Sequence record: DRR723986_4811
Direction: 5' to 3' (one strand)
Length of the DNA stretch: 64,000 bases
Numbering within the stretch: the first letter of the stretch is position 1; every line of letters begins with the position of its first letter. Of this stretch, positions 49,282-58,389 are shown one piece after another. The position numbers were made by a program, and so were the translations under genes. Below the pieces are notes generated by a model. It made no database searches and had not been told where the DNA came from. It worked only from the letters and a program-made list of their open reading frames with translations.

Positions 49282-49854
49282 ATGATCAATCCAAACACTC
49301 CGCCAATACAGTCTGTAGCTACTCAAGCGGGCAGTGCAGCCAACCCGTCAATTTCTGCTGCGCGTACCACATTCAAGGCCATTCTCTCCGAACTCAAAGC
49401 TCGCCCCATGAAGCCACTCTCTTTGCAGCGCTTCCCGGGTCTTTCCACACCCCGTACCCTCGCGCAACAAATCAACAGCGACACCGCCGGTGTGGTTTAG
49501 TCCCTCGCGAATTCCATGCTACAAAACTCTCCCGAAAAGTGGTTTTTGATTAACGATCAACTTGTTGAAGGTTTGGGGCATACCGAATTGTCGCAGTCAT
49601 GGGCCTGTCCTTCCGAGTTTCAGGCCACCCTGGTGTTAAACAACTATGAAAGTAACTGTCTACGGGATTGGTTGTCGCAGCGTTGGCTAGCAAAGTCTCT
49701 CGAGCAAACCTGTATTTTCGAACTTGAATATTCCAAGCTTCTTGTTTCCAGACGCATGTCGGCTAACAATGTGCTGGACGCAAAAGAGAAGTGTGAGTTG
49801 TGGATTCAGGCTGTTCTAGCCGACCGGGTCAAGGTTGCACAAAGCCAAGGCTGA
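49282..49854 (+). pseudogene. Putative secreted negative regulator (HrpV/BtrA-like) interrupted by an in-frame TAG at 49498-49500; alternatively two genes, 49282-49500 and 49516-49854
   Basis: Both ORFs share one frame (GTG GTT TAG TCC CTC GCG AAT TCC ATG); the N-terminus is Pro/Ser/Thr/Gln/Asn-rich; no clear RBS before 49516. Confidence 0.5.
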
Positions 49855-49859
49855 TTGCC

Positions 49860-50291
49860 CTAGGTCATGCCTTTGTGTTGAAAGTAGGTTTGTTTGTAGG
49901 CAAATGCCACATGAACAAAGTCTTGAAATTGAGACATGATGATGTCCTTGTTCTCGCTCACAATTTCAACACACAGGCGCAAGCAGTTGTCGTGGTTTGA
50001 AATCGCAGTTGATACACCATCGGGCATGTCATTTTTCAATTCACTAAACAGGGCCAAGGCCAGTTTAATTTGGTTTTCCTGAACCTGTAACGACTTCCCC
50101 AAGCTGAAAATTCTTGCGCTTACCCTGCAATCTGCGCCGCCAAGGTGTTGCAATTCAACTGTGAAGTTCTTTTCAAAATCAATTCGATAACCACCTTCGC
50201 CCGCACATTGCTCAGTGTCGCTGAGAGTCATTCCCAGTGATTCCAGAATCTTGTTGAGTGCCCCATATCGGGTTGCCAAATTTGCGTTCAT
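49860..50291 (-). CDS. CesT/HrpG-like type III secretion chaperone candidate
   Basis: 143 aa; helix, beta strands, helix, beta strands and an amphipathic C-terminal helix (FQDFVHVAFAYKQ), as in class I T3SS chaperones; translationally coupled to the ECF gene. Confidence 0.55.
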   Translation of the reverse strand: MNANLATRYGALNKILESLGMTLSDTEQCAGEGGYRIDFEKNFTVELQHLGGADCRVSARIFSLGKSLQVQENQIKLALALFSELKNDMPDGVSTAISNHDNCLRLCVEIVSENKDIIMSQFQDFVHVAFAYKQTYFQHKGMT

Positions 50292-50866
50292 CAGTCCATG
50301 TACAGGTCGTAGATTGATTTCAATTGGGCGCGTGACCGTGAAATTCGGGAACGTACTGTGCCAATTGGAATACCCAGAATATCTGCCGCTTCCTGGTAAG
50401 AATTACCGTGTTGAACCACCAAAACCAGGGTTTCACGCAGATCGTTGGGCAAATTACCAATCGCTGATTCGAGTTTGATGCTGAACTCGTTTTTCATGCA
50501 GTGTTGCATCGGGTCTGATCCCTCTGCTTGTTCCAGTTCAAGATCCTCATCGGAGGTGAAATGAAATTTGTACTGTGGAGAGCGGCGCGCGGTGTTCCGA
50601 ATAATATTCAGTGCAATGCCAAACAGCCAGGTCGCTCTTTTTGCATCACCTCGAAAGCTGTCCCAGCAGCAGTAAGCCTCGATCAAGGTTTGCTGGAATA
50701 CATCCTCGACCGCGTTTTCATCACGAAAATGTTTGATGATGAAGTTGCGCAACCGCTTTTCCTGCTTGGCAACCAACAATTCAAACTCCGAGCGAGTTGT
50801 TTCCAGATTCGCCCTTGAGCACCTTTGAATCGCGGTGATCTTTAACTTTGGGGCAATCGGTTTCAT
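50291..50866 (-). CDS. Second ECF sigma factor, HrpL/BtrS-like (ORF open to 50902)
   Basis: GAGAGG RBS before ATG 50866; EDVFQQT, FRGDAKRATWLFGIALNIIRN, YQEAADILGIPIGTVRSRISRSR. Confidence 0.88.
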   Translation of the reverse strand: MKPIAPKLKITAIQRCSRANLETTRSEFELLVAKQEKRLRNFIIKHFRDENAVEDVFQQTLIEAYCCWDSFRGDAKRATWLFGIALNIIRNTARRSPQYKFHFTSDEDLELEQAEGSDPMQHCMKNEFSIKLESAIGNLPNDLRETLVLVVQHGNSYQEAADILGIPIGTVRSRISRSRAQLKSIYDLYMD

Positions 50867-51060
50867 GTCGAGCCTCTCTACTTGAAACGGTAGTGGAATC
50901 ATGGTCGGCCTTGGCGAATGGTTTCAATAACGCCACAGCGTATCAAGGCTGCAAAAAGTCTGAAGAAGGTGTCACCTTGGATAGGGTGTGGGGTGACACG
51001 CTGCTTTATCAGCCTCTGAATGTGTGCTAACCACGCTTTACGAATTTCCTATCTTGGTCA

Positions 51061-51089
51061 TGAGTGCTGGCATAGCTGCCGATGGTTCC
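51061..51089 (-). promoter_or_regulatory. hrp-box-like promoter upstream of the second ECF gene
   Basis: Minus strand GGAACC-N16-GCACTCA, one mismatch to the hrp box and sharing CACTCA with the box at 49206. Confidence 0.55.
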
Positions 51090-51154
51090 AGTGCCGCCGG
51101 AAATAAACACAAATTATTGGTATCATCAAGCGGTCATTGAACTTTCAGGTTGTC

Positions 51155-53116
51155 ATGAGCCAGTATCAAGAATCGTCCATCCGCGTCCTCAAAGGGCTAG
51201 AACCGGTCAAGCAGCGGCCGGGCATGTACACCCGCACGGACTGCCCCTTGCACATTATTCAAGAGGTGATCGACAACGCAGCCGATGAGGCTTTGGGTGG
51301 TTTTGGTTCGCGAATTACGGTGACTATTCATACCGATGGCAGTGTGTCGGTACAGGATGAGGGTCGCGGCATTCCAATTGGTTTGCACCCTGAAGAGAAG
51401 GTACCCGTCATTGAACTCGTATTCACCCGTTTGCATGCGGGTGGCAAGTTCAACAAAGCCGATGGTGGTGCTTATCGTTTTTCGGGCGGTCTGCATGGTG
51501 TAGGTGTTTCGGTGACCAATGCCCTCTCTACCAGGCTTGAAGTGAGTGCGGTGCGCGACAAGCAGGTGGGCACACTGGTGTTTAGTGGTGGCGATGTAAT
51601 AGAACCTTTGAAGGTTCGCCCTCAAACCAGCAGTGATCCTAAAAAAGGCACCACCGTACGCGTGTGGCCAGATCCCCAGTATTTCGATTCAGCCGTCTTG
51701 CCACTCAATGAGATGGACCGCCTGTTGCGCAGCAAGGCAGTGCTGCTCAAGGGGGTCGAAGTGGTCTTGGTGTCGGAGAAAACCGGTGAAGCAAAGCGCT
51801 GGAAATTCGATGATGGTCTCAGCGGTTTTTTACGCGAAGAATTGTTGGACCGTGAACTGGTGGCCCCGATGTTCAGCGGTGATCTCAGTGTTGATGTACT
51901 CCGCGATGAAGGCTTTGCAGAAGGCGAGGGCGCGGCATGGGCGTTGGCATTTGTGGCTGAAGGCGCACCTGTTCGCGAAAGTTATGTGAACTTGATTCCC
52001 ACCTCCGCAGGTGGTACGCATGAGTCCGGCCTGCGCGAGGCGGTTTTTCAGGCCATCAAGGCTTTCTGTGAAATGCATTCGTTGATGCCAAAGGGGATCA
52101 AGTTGATGCCCGATGACATCTTTTCCAAGGCGAATTTTGTGCTGTCTGCCAAGGTTCTGGACCCTCAGTTTCAGGGGCAAATCAAGGAGCGTTTGAATAG
52201 CCGTGATGCAGTGCGTCTGGTGTCGTCACTGGTCAAGCCTGCGTTCGAGTTGTGGTTGAATCAGCATGTGGAAGACGGCAAAAAGATTGCAGAGCTCGCA
52301 ATCAAGCAAGCTCAGGCTCGATCCAGAGCGGCACAAAAAGTAGAGAAGAAAAAAAGTTCATCGGTGGCGATTTTGCCGGGCAAGCTGACTGACTGCGAAA
52401 GCACTGATATCACCTTGAACGAGGTTTTTCTGGTTGAGGGTGATTCTGCTGGCGGCTCAGCCAAGATGGGCCGTGACAAGGAGTTTCAGGCGGTATTGCC
52501 ACTGCGTGGCAAAGTGCTTAATGCTTGGGAAACCGACAAAGACCGATTGTTTGCCAACCAGGAAATTCACGACATTGCAGTGGCCATCGGTGTAGACCCC
52601 CACGGTGTGAATGACAATCCCGATTTAAGCGGTTTGCGTTACGGCAAAATCTGTATTCTTTCCGACGCGGATGTCGATGGTTCACACATTCAAGTGCTGC
52701 TACTCACCTTGTTTTACAAACATTTCCCAGCGTTGATTCGCAGCAAGAATTTGTATGTAGCGCGCCCGCCCTTGTTCAGGGTTGATGTACCAGCACAAGG
52801 AAAGAAACCTGCGCGCAAGCTGTATTGTCTGGATGAAGCAGAGCTGTATGCCGTGCAAGACAAGCTGGGCAAGGAAGGCGTGAAAGAGGCGAATATCAAG
52901 ATTTCCCGTTTCAAGGGTTTGGGCGAGATGAATGCTGAACAACTCTGGGAAACTACTTTGAATCCAGATACACGCCGTTTGCTGCCTGTTACATTGGGCA
53001 GTCTTGATGTTGATGAAACCAATGCCATGATGCACATGCTGATGGGCCGTACTGAAAGTGGTGCTCGCCGCACCTGGCTGGAAGACAAGGGCAACTTGGT
53101 GGAAGTGGATATCTGA
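51155..53116 (+). CDS. parE: DNA topoisomerase IV subunit B
   Basis: VLKGLEPVKQRPGMYT, SGGLHGVG, VEGDSAGGSAK, DADVDG, RFKGLGEMN; no GyrB insertion; PQFQGQIKERL. Confidence 0.93.
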   Translation: MSQYQESSIRVLKGLEPVKQRPGMYTRTDCPLHIIQEVIDNAADEALGGFGSRITVTIHTDGSVSVQDEGRGIPIGLHPEEKVPVIELVFTRLHAGGKFNKADGGAYRFSGGLHGVGVSVTNALSTRLEVSAVRDKQVGTLVFSGGDVIEPLKVRPQTSSDPKKGTTVRVWPDPQYFDSAVLPLNEMDRLLRSKAVLLKGVEVVLVSEKTGEAKRWKFDDGLSGFLREELLDRELVAPMFSGDLSVDVLRDEGFAEGEGAAWALAFVAEGAPVRESYVNLIPTSAGGTHESGLREAVFQAIKAFCEMHSLMPKGIKLMPDDIFSKANFVLSAKVLDPQFQGQIKERLNSRDAVRLVSSLVKPAFELWLNQHVEDGKKIAELAIKQAQARSRAAQKVEKKKSSSVAILPGKLTDCESTDITLNEVFLVEGDSAGGSAKMGRDKEFQAVLPLRGKVLNAWETDKDRLFANQEIHDIAVAIGVDPHGVNDNPDLSGLRYGKICILSDADVDGSHIQVLLLTLFYKHFPALIRSKNLYVARPPLFRVDVPAQGKKPARKLYCLDEAELYAVQDKLGKEGVKEANIKISRFKGLGEMNAEQLWETTLNPDTRRLLPVTLGSLDVDETNAMMHMLMGRTESGARRTWLEDKGNLVEVDI

Positions 53117-53125
53117 TTTTCCGGT

Positions 53126-56100
53126 CTACTTGAAATCCCGTGATGGTGTTTGTAATTGCGACAGCAGGTGGGTGTAATCCACCAGCCTGCGCGCCACCAG
53201 GTTGCACACTTCACCTTCACGTTGCCAAATGCCAAACACGCCCATAATTTGTGCGTTGCGCAGCACTTGTCGCTGCTCTTCGGCCAGTCTGTTCCAGACA
53301 ATCACATTGACATTGCCCGTTTCATCTTCAAGATTCAAAAATACGGTGCCATGCGCGGTGGCTGGGCGTTGTCGATGCGTCACAATGCCACAGGCTCGCG
53401 CCAATCTGCCATTTGGGTAAGTCTGCAATTCTTTGACTTGCCTTATCTTATAGGGTGTCAATTGCTTGCGTAGAAATGAAATAGGGTGGTGAACTAGGCT
53501 TGCTCCTGTGGCGCGGTAATCGGCCAGCATGTCTTCCAGTTCAGTGGCCTTGGGCAACTCAAGTGGCGTTTCCCTGGTGCGTGTATTGGCCAGTAAATCA
53601 GTGTGTCTTGCAGTGTTACGAATACCGCCTGTTTCAGTTGCAGCTGTTTGCCACACGGCTTGGCGACGATGCCCTGCCAGTTGTGCCAGTGCGTTTGCAT
53701 CGGCCAGCGCAAGCAGATCGCTGCGATCAAGCTGGGCACGTTTGGTTAAATCTTCCACGCTTTCAAACAGCCCTTGCTCCCGGGTTTGAACAATGCGCAA
53801 AGCAGAATTGTGTTTCAGCCCGTTCACCCGGTTTAGGCCCAAACGAACCGGGTGCAATGTGCGGTTGCCTCGCGCTGGCTCGTGTTGCAACAAGTCCTGG
53901 TTGTTTTCCAGCCTGGTTTCAAAGGCACTGCACTGCACATCCACGGGCTTTACTGTCACGCCATGTCGCTGTGCATCTTGAATCAGCTGCGAAGGCGCAT
54001 AGAAACCCATGGGCTGCGCATTGAGCAAACCGCACAAAAATGCATCGGGGTGGTGACATTTCAACCACGCCGATGCATACACCAGCATCGCGAAACTGGC
54101 GGCATGGCTCTCCGGAAAACCGTATTCACCAAAGCCTTCCATTTGTTTGAAAATGCTTTCAGCAAATTCGCGCGTATAACCGCGCTTTAGCATGCCACTT
54201 ACCACGCGTTCGTAAAAATGGTGCAAGCCTCCTTTGCGTTTCCAGGCAGCCATTCCGCGGCGCAATGCATCTGCTTCACCTGGTGTAAAACCGGCTGCCA
54301 GAATCGCGATTTGCATCACTTGTTCTTGAAAAATTGGAACACCTTTGGTGCGACCCAGCGCCTCTTTCAAAGCCTCCGATGGGTAGTTCACTGCTTCCAG
54401 GCCCTGTCTGCGTTTCAAGAACGGGTGTACCATACCGCCTTGAATGGGGCCTGGCCTGACGATCGCCACCTGAATCACCAGGTCGTAGTACTCTCGGGGT
54501 TGTAGGCGGGGAAGCATACCCATCTGCGCACGACTTTCTATCTGAAACACACCTACAGTATCGGCCTTGCACATCATGTCGTAAGTGGCGCTGTCCTCCG
54601 GTGGTATGTCTTGCAGGGTACGGGGAGCATTGGATTTCCTGTTCAACTCGTCCAGTGTCATTCGAATCGCGCTCAGCATGCCAAGTGCAAGAACGTCTAC
54701 CTTCATCAAGCCCATGGCGTCCAGGTCGTCCTTGTCCCACTGAATGACACTGCGGTCGGGCATTGAGGCGTTTTCTACCGGTACCAATTCAGTCAGGCTG
54801 TCGCGTGCAATCACAAAGCCACCTGTGTGTTGTGACAAGTGCCGTGGAAAACCCAACAGTTCATCGGCCAAGTGAACACAATGCTGCACAGTGCTTTGAC
54901 GAACATCAATGCCCGCCTGCACCATGTGGTCCACGCTCATGCTTCGGCTGTAGCCACCATCTTGCGACTTGGCCAATCTTTCAACCAAACCGGTGTCCAA
55001 ACCCAGGGCCTTGCCCACATCACGCAGCGCCGAGCGGGGCCTGTACACCACGACACTGGCTGCCAACGCAGCTCGGTCCCGACCATATTTTTTGTAAATG
55101 TATTGAATCACTTCTTCGCGGCGCGTGTGTTCAAAGTCCACATCAATGTCCGGTGGTTCGTTACGCTCGCGGCTAATAAACCGCTCGAACAGCACAGCCA
55201 TTTTGTCGGGGTTGACTTCGGTAATGTGCAGGCAATAACACACCACGGAATTGGCGGCAGACCCGCGGCCCTGACACAAAATATTGCAGGAACGCGCAAA
55301 GCGGACAATGTCGTAAACCGTTAAAAAGTAGGCTTCAAATTTCAGTTCTTCAATCAGCAGCAGTTCATGTTCAATCTGTTTTCGAACTTTGGCAGGCACT
55401 TGATCGCTGTAGCGTTGGGCCGCGCCTTTTTCTACGAGTTGGCGCAGGTACTGCGTAGGTTCAATGCCTTCAGGGCTGATCTCACGGGGGTACTGGTAAC
55501 GCAATTCATCCAGCGAAAACACACACTGTGCTGCCAGCGTTGTTGTTTGCATCAGTAAACTGTGCGGGTAAGTTTGAGCAAGTACCTGCAGGGGTTGAAG
55601 GCAACGTTGTGCATTCGTCTCAAGAAATGGTTTGGCCTCGTTCAAATTGCAGTTCAGCCGAATGGCGGTTAGCACGTCATGCAGGTTTTTCCGTTCACTT
55701 GAATGCATCACGGGTAAGTTGCTGGCCAGTAGTTCAATTTGGTGCAGGTGGGCTAGTGCTTGCAAGTACAGTAGCCATGCCTTGTCAAACCCACAGCCCT
55801 GTAAATTACATACCAGATGCATGCGGCCGGTGAAGCGTTTGGCACACCAGCTTAATAGGGCAGGAAAATTTTCTTTATTGCGCTCGTCGGGAATCAGCAG
55901 CAATTGCAGTCCGGGTGGAATATCAGCCAGGTCGTCACGAGTAAACAGGTAGTCGCCTTTGGCTGCACGGTTACGGGCTTGTGTAATCAGTCTGCACAAG
56001 TGGGTGTAACCAGTTTTGTTTTTCACAATCAGGGCGATACGCTGGCCAGCGAACAGGCTGCTGTGTGCAAATACAAACTGGGCGCCTACCAACAATTGAA

Positions 56101-56299
56101 TGCCACATTCTTTGGCAGCCTGGTGTGCACGAACAATACCCGCCAGCGAGCATTCATCTGCGATGCCAATGGCGCGATAACCCAACAGTTTGGCTTGCTG
56201 TACCAGCTCTTCTGCATGCGATGCTCCCTTCAAAAAACTGAAGTTGCTCAACGCCAGGGCTTCAGCAAAAGGTGGCAAGGTCTGCAAGGGCGAATCCAT
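53126..56299 (-). CDS. dnaE2: Error-prone DNA polymerase DnaE2 (ImuC)
   Basis: SNFSFLKGAS, GRGSAANS, PPDIDVDF, YGFPESHAASF, C-terminal SRDF. Confidence 0.96.
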   Translation of the reverse strand: MDSPLQTLPPFAEALALSNFSFLKGASHAEELVQQAKLLGYRAIGIADECSLAGIVRAHQAAKECGIQLLVGAQFVFAHSSLFAGQRIALIVKNKTGYTHLCRLITQARNRAAKGDYLFTRDDLADIPPGLQLLLIPDERNKENFPALLSWCAKRFTGRMHLVCNLQGCGFDKAWLLYLQALAHLHQIELLASNLPVMHSSERKNLHDVLTAIRLNCNLNEAKPFLETNAQRCLQPLQVLAQTYPHSLLMQTTTLAAQCVFSLDELRYQYPREISPEGIEPTQYLRQLVEKGAAQRYSDQVPAKVRKQIEHELLLIEELKFEAYFLTVYDIVRFARSCNILCQGRGSAANSVVCYCLHITEVNPDKMAVLFERFISRERNEPPDIDVDFEHTRREEVIQYIYKKYGRDRAALAASVVVYRPRSALRDVGKALGLDTGLVERLAKSQDGGYSRSMSVDHMVQAGIDVRQSTVQHCVHLADELLGFPRHLSQHTGGFVIARDSLTELVPVENASMPDRSVIQWDKDDLDAMGLMKVDVLALGMLSAIRMTLDELNRKSNAPRTLQDIPPEDSATYDMMCKADTVGVFQIESRAQMGMLPRLQPREYYDLVIQVAIVRPGPIQGGMVHPFLKRRQGLEAVNYPSEALKEALGRTKGVPIFQEQVMQIAILAAGFTPGEADALRRGMAAWKRKGGLHHFYERVVSGMLKRGYTREFAESIFKQMEGFGEYGFPESHAASFAMLVYASAWLKCHHPDAFLCGLLNAQPMGFYAPSQLIQDAQRHGVTVKPVDVQCSAFETRLENNQDLLQHEPARGNRTLHPVRLGLNRVNGLKHNSALRIVQTREQGLFESVEDLTKRAQLDRSDLLALADANALAQLAGHRRQAVWQTAATETGGIRNTARHTDLLANTRTRETPLELPKATELEDMLADYRATGASLVHHPISFLRKQLTPYKIRQVKELQTYPNGRLARACGIVTHRQRPATAHGTVFLNLEDETGNVNVIVWNRLAEEQRQVLRNAQIMGVFGIWQREGEVCNLVARRLVDYTHLLSQLQTPSRDFK

Positions 56300-56311
56300 G
56301 CTCAGATTGCC

Positions 56312-57673
56312 TTATGCAAAGTAACCATGCAAAAACCAGCGTGGCTTGTCTTCCAGAAGGTCTTGATACAGCCACACCAAGCTGGAATTGCTGTCGCGTG
56401 CGCAGTAGTAATCACGTTTGCAGGGTTTTGCGTCCCACCAGCCAAACTCAACTCGTTCAGGACCGCTGAGCAATTGCCATGGACCACCCGTTTGCCACTG
56501 TGGGGATTTGCCTTGCAATGGTTTGGGCGTTGGTAACAGCCACAACGGGCGCGGCGTGCTGACTGGCAATGCTGCGCGATTCAATTCAGGTGTGGATTGG
56601 TTTGCCACTTTTTTGAAGGCGGTGTTTGCAGGTTTTTGCGTTGGGGTATGCTGTAACACTATGCTGCACTCCGGTCTGGGGTCACTTTCCGTGGCGGCAA
56701 ATAACACGGTTTGCTCACCAAGCCGTGCGCGAAGAACATCGCAGGTGTTGTTCCAGTTACGCGTGCCTTCTGCCGGATCAGGTAGAAAACTGTGATTCAG
56801 ATTGGGCAGCAGTTCACTGTATGTGCATTGCACTCGAAGGTGACGTACGTCGTCGTTGAATTGCATTCTCCCCAGTTGATGGTGTAGCAGACGCTTCCAT
56901 GTTTCAACACAGTCAGTGGCTTGCGCACTTCTCAGGCGCAAAACTTCCTCTCCATGTGCATGAATAAAAGTCCAGTGCAACTCGCGCGTACCGTGTTTTT
57001 GCTGCTTTAACCAGTTGCAGACTGCTTCAAGCAGTGCTTGTGCATGGTGTTCAATCAGGTCCAGCCTGTCGCTGTGGAAAGGCAATTCTTTTTCTTTCTC
57101 AAATGTATTGGCGGCTTGGTGTGCAACGGTAGTGGGGGCCAGCTTGTTTTGTATGCCAAAACCTGAATCAAGTTCAGCCAAGGCTTGTGCGCCAAACCGT
57201 TTTAAAAATCCGTCGCGGGGCAAGCGCCATAAATCGCCAAGGCGCGCAAAACCGCATTGTCGCCAGGTGTTTTGCAGGTTTGTATTGCAATCCAGCGCAG
57301 AGACAGGCAAAGCCAGCAGACTGTTTTCATTAAAATTCAGCATGGCCAGAAAATCATCCAGGCTGCGGGCCGGGGCGCACTTACCAAGCCACCATGCGCC
57401 GGTTGCGGTGTGGTGGTTGGCCAGTTGTAATTCGCCAGAAAATTCCTCGGTGCTTTCCCAGAATTGCGAAAGTAAAGCCTGTGCGCCACCAAACAACCTG
57501 AAGCTGCTCTGCACTTCAACCAGCCAACCCACATATTCATCGTGTTGATCTTGTCGCCAGCACACCACCGGGCTGTAATGTGCTGCCAATTCAAACAAGG
57601 AATTGGCATCAAATTGTGATTTGACTTCGCGTGGGTTGCGGGATTGTTTGTAACTCAGGGCGATCCAGCGCAC
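56312..57673 (-). CDS. imuB: ImuB, inactive Y-family polymerase-like protein
   Basis: AGGAG RBS before GTG 57673; RLFGG, RFG, RPLWLL, GPERVEFGWW....RDYY, WFLHG.FA. Confidence 0.88.
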   Translation of the reverse strand: MRWIALSYKQSRNPREVKSQFDANSLFELAAHYSPVVCWRQDQHDEYVGWLVEVQSSFRLFGGAQALLSQFWESTEEFSGELQLANHHTATGAWWLGKCAPARSLDDFLAMLNFNENSLLALPVSALDCNTNLQNTWRQCGFARLGDLWRLPRDGFLKRFGAQALAELDSGFGIQNKLAPTTVAHQAANTFEKEKELPFHSDRLDLIEHHAQALLEAVCNWLKQQKHGTRELHWTFIHAHGEEVLRLRSAQATDCVETWKRLLHHQLGRMQFNDDVRHLRVQCTYSELLPNLNHSFLPDPAEGTRNWNNTCDVLRARLGEQTVLFAATESDPRPECSIVLQHTPTQKPANTAFKKVANQSTPELNRAALPVSTPRPLWLLPTPKPLQGKSPQWQTGGPWQLLSGPERVEFGWWDAKPCKRDYYCARDSNSSLVWLYQDLLEDKPRWFLHGYFA

Positions 57674-58346
57674 GAACAAGCTCCTGTGAGTGCGGGGTGT
57701 CGGGTAAAGCACCTTGCGGTCTAGGTAAATCGATCAGTATTGCTTGCTCAAGTACAGGTCCTCTGCGTTTGATCAAGTGCACTCGCAGGCTATTGCTACT
57801 TTGGGCTGTCAGGCACAAGCGCAGTGATGCCGGCGAGGGTTGCATTTGTGCCCGAATGGGACGAAATACAAAACTTAAACCCTGTGAACGAGTGGCCTGG
57901 TATTGCAAGCGGCGCAATACGGTGGGGTTGCACAGTGTTTTTTCTTCAGGCAGCCACATGAAAAGTGCGCCGAAGGAATCACTTTGCAGCACTTGTTCGA
58001 TCGCCCAAAGGCGATCCTGGGGTTTGTTGGTTTGAACCAGATGTACTTGATCCAAGGCCACCCCAAACTGCTCAAACACCGGCGTGAGTGGTAGCAGCGG
58101 TGCGCCAATCAGCACGAGCTTTTTTTTCTCCAGCGACAGCTTGCGCAACACCGGCATTAGGAAGCGAAGCTCGCCAATCCCGTGATGTTTCAACAGCAGT
58201 TCAATCAAGTTGCGTGTGGGCCAGCCACCCCCGGGCAGTTGTTGATCAAGGGCTGAAAAACCGCTGGGTATGCGTGCGCTGCTGTCGCTGGCTAGCTGGT
58301 GGGCACGCCACACCCCCGGGTGAATGTTGGAAAGATCAGACGACAC
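57609..58346 (-). CDS. imuA: ImuA translesion synthesis accessory protein
   Basis: HPGVWRA, SGF.ALD.QLPGGGWP, GIGELR, LWAIEQ.L, KRRGP. Confidence 0.92.
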   Translation of the reverse strand: MSSDLSNIHPGVWRAHQLASDSSARIPSGFSALDQQLPGGGWPTRNLIELLLKHHGIGELRFLMPVLRKLSLEKKKLVLIGAPLLPLTPVFEQFGVALDQVHLVQTNKPQDRLWAIEQVLQSDSFGALFMWLPEEKTLCNPTVLRRLQYQATRSQGLSFVFRPIRAQMQPSPASLRLCLTAQSSNSLRVHLIKRRGPVLEQAILIDLPRPQGALPDTPHSQELVRALDRPELQTIPQPTRSQITI

Positions 58347-58389
58347 AACACAACTCCCCGATATTGCTTTTTAATGCAATTACTGGTTT

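Noticed and set aside
46932-51100. The Hrp-like module as a tRNA-Arg-integrated genomic island
   Set aside because: The module lies on the 5' side of the tRNA, and I found no integrase and no duplicated tRNA 3' end.
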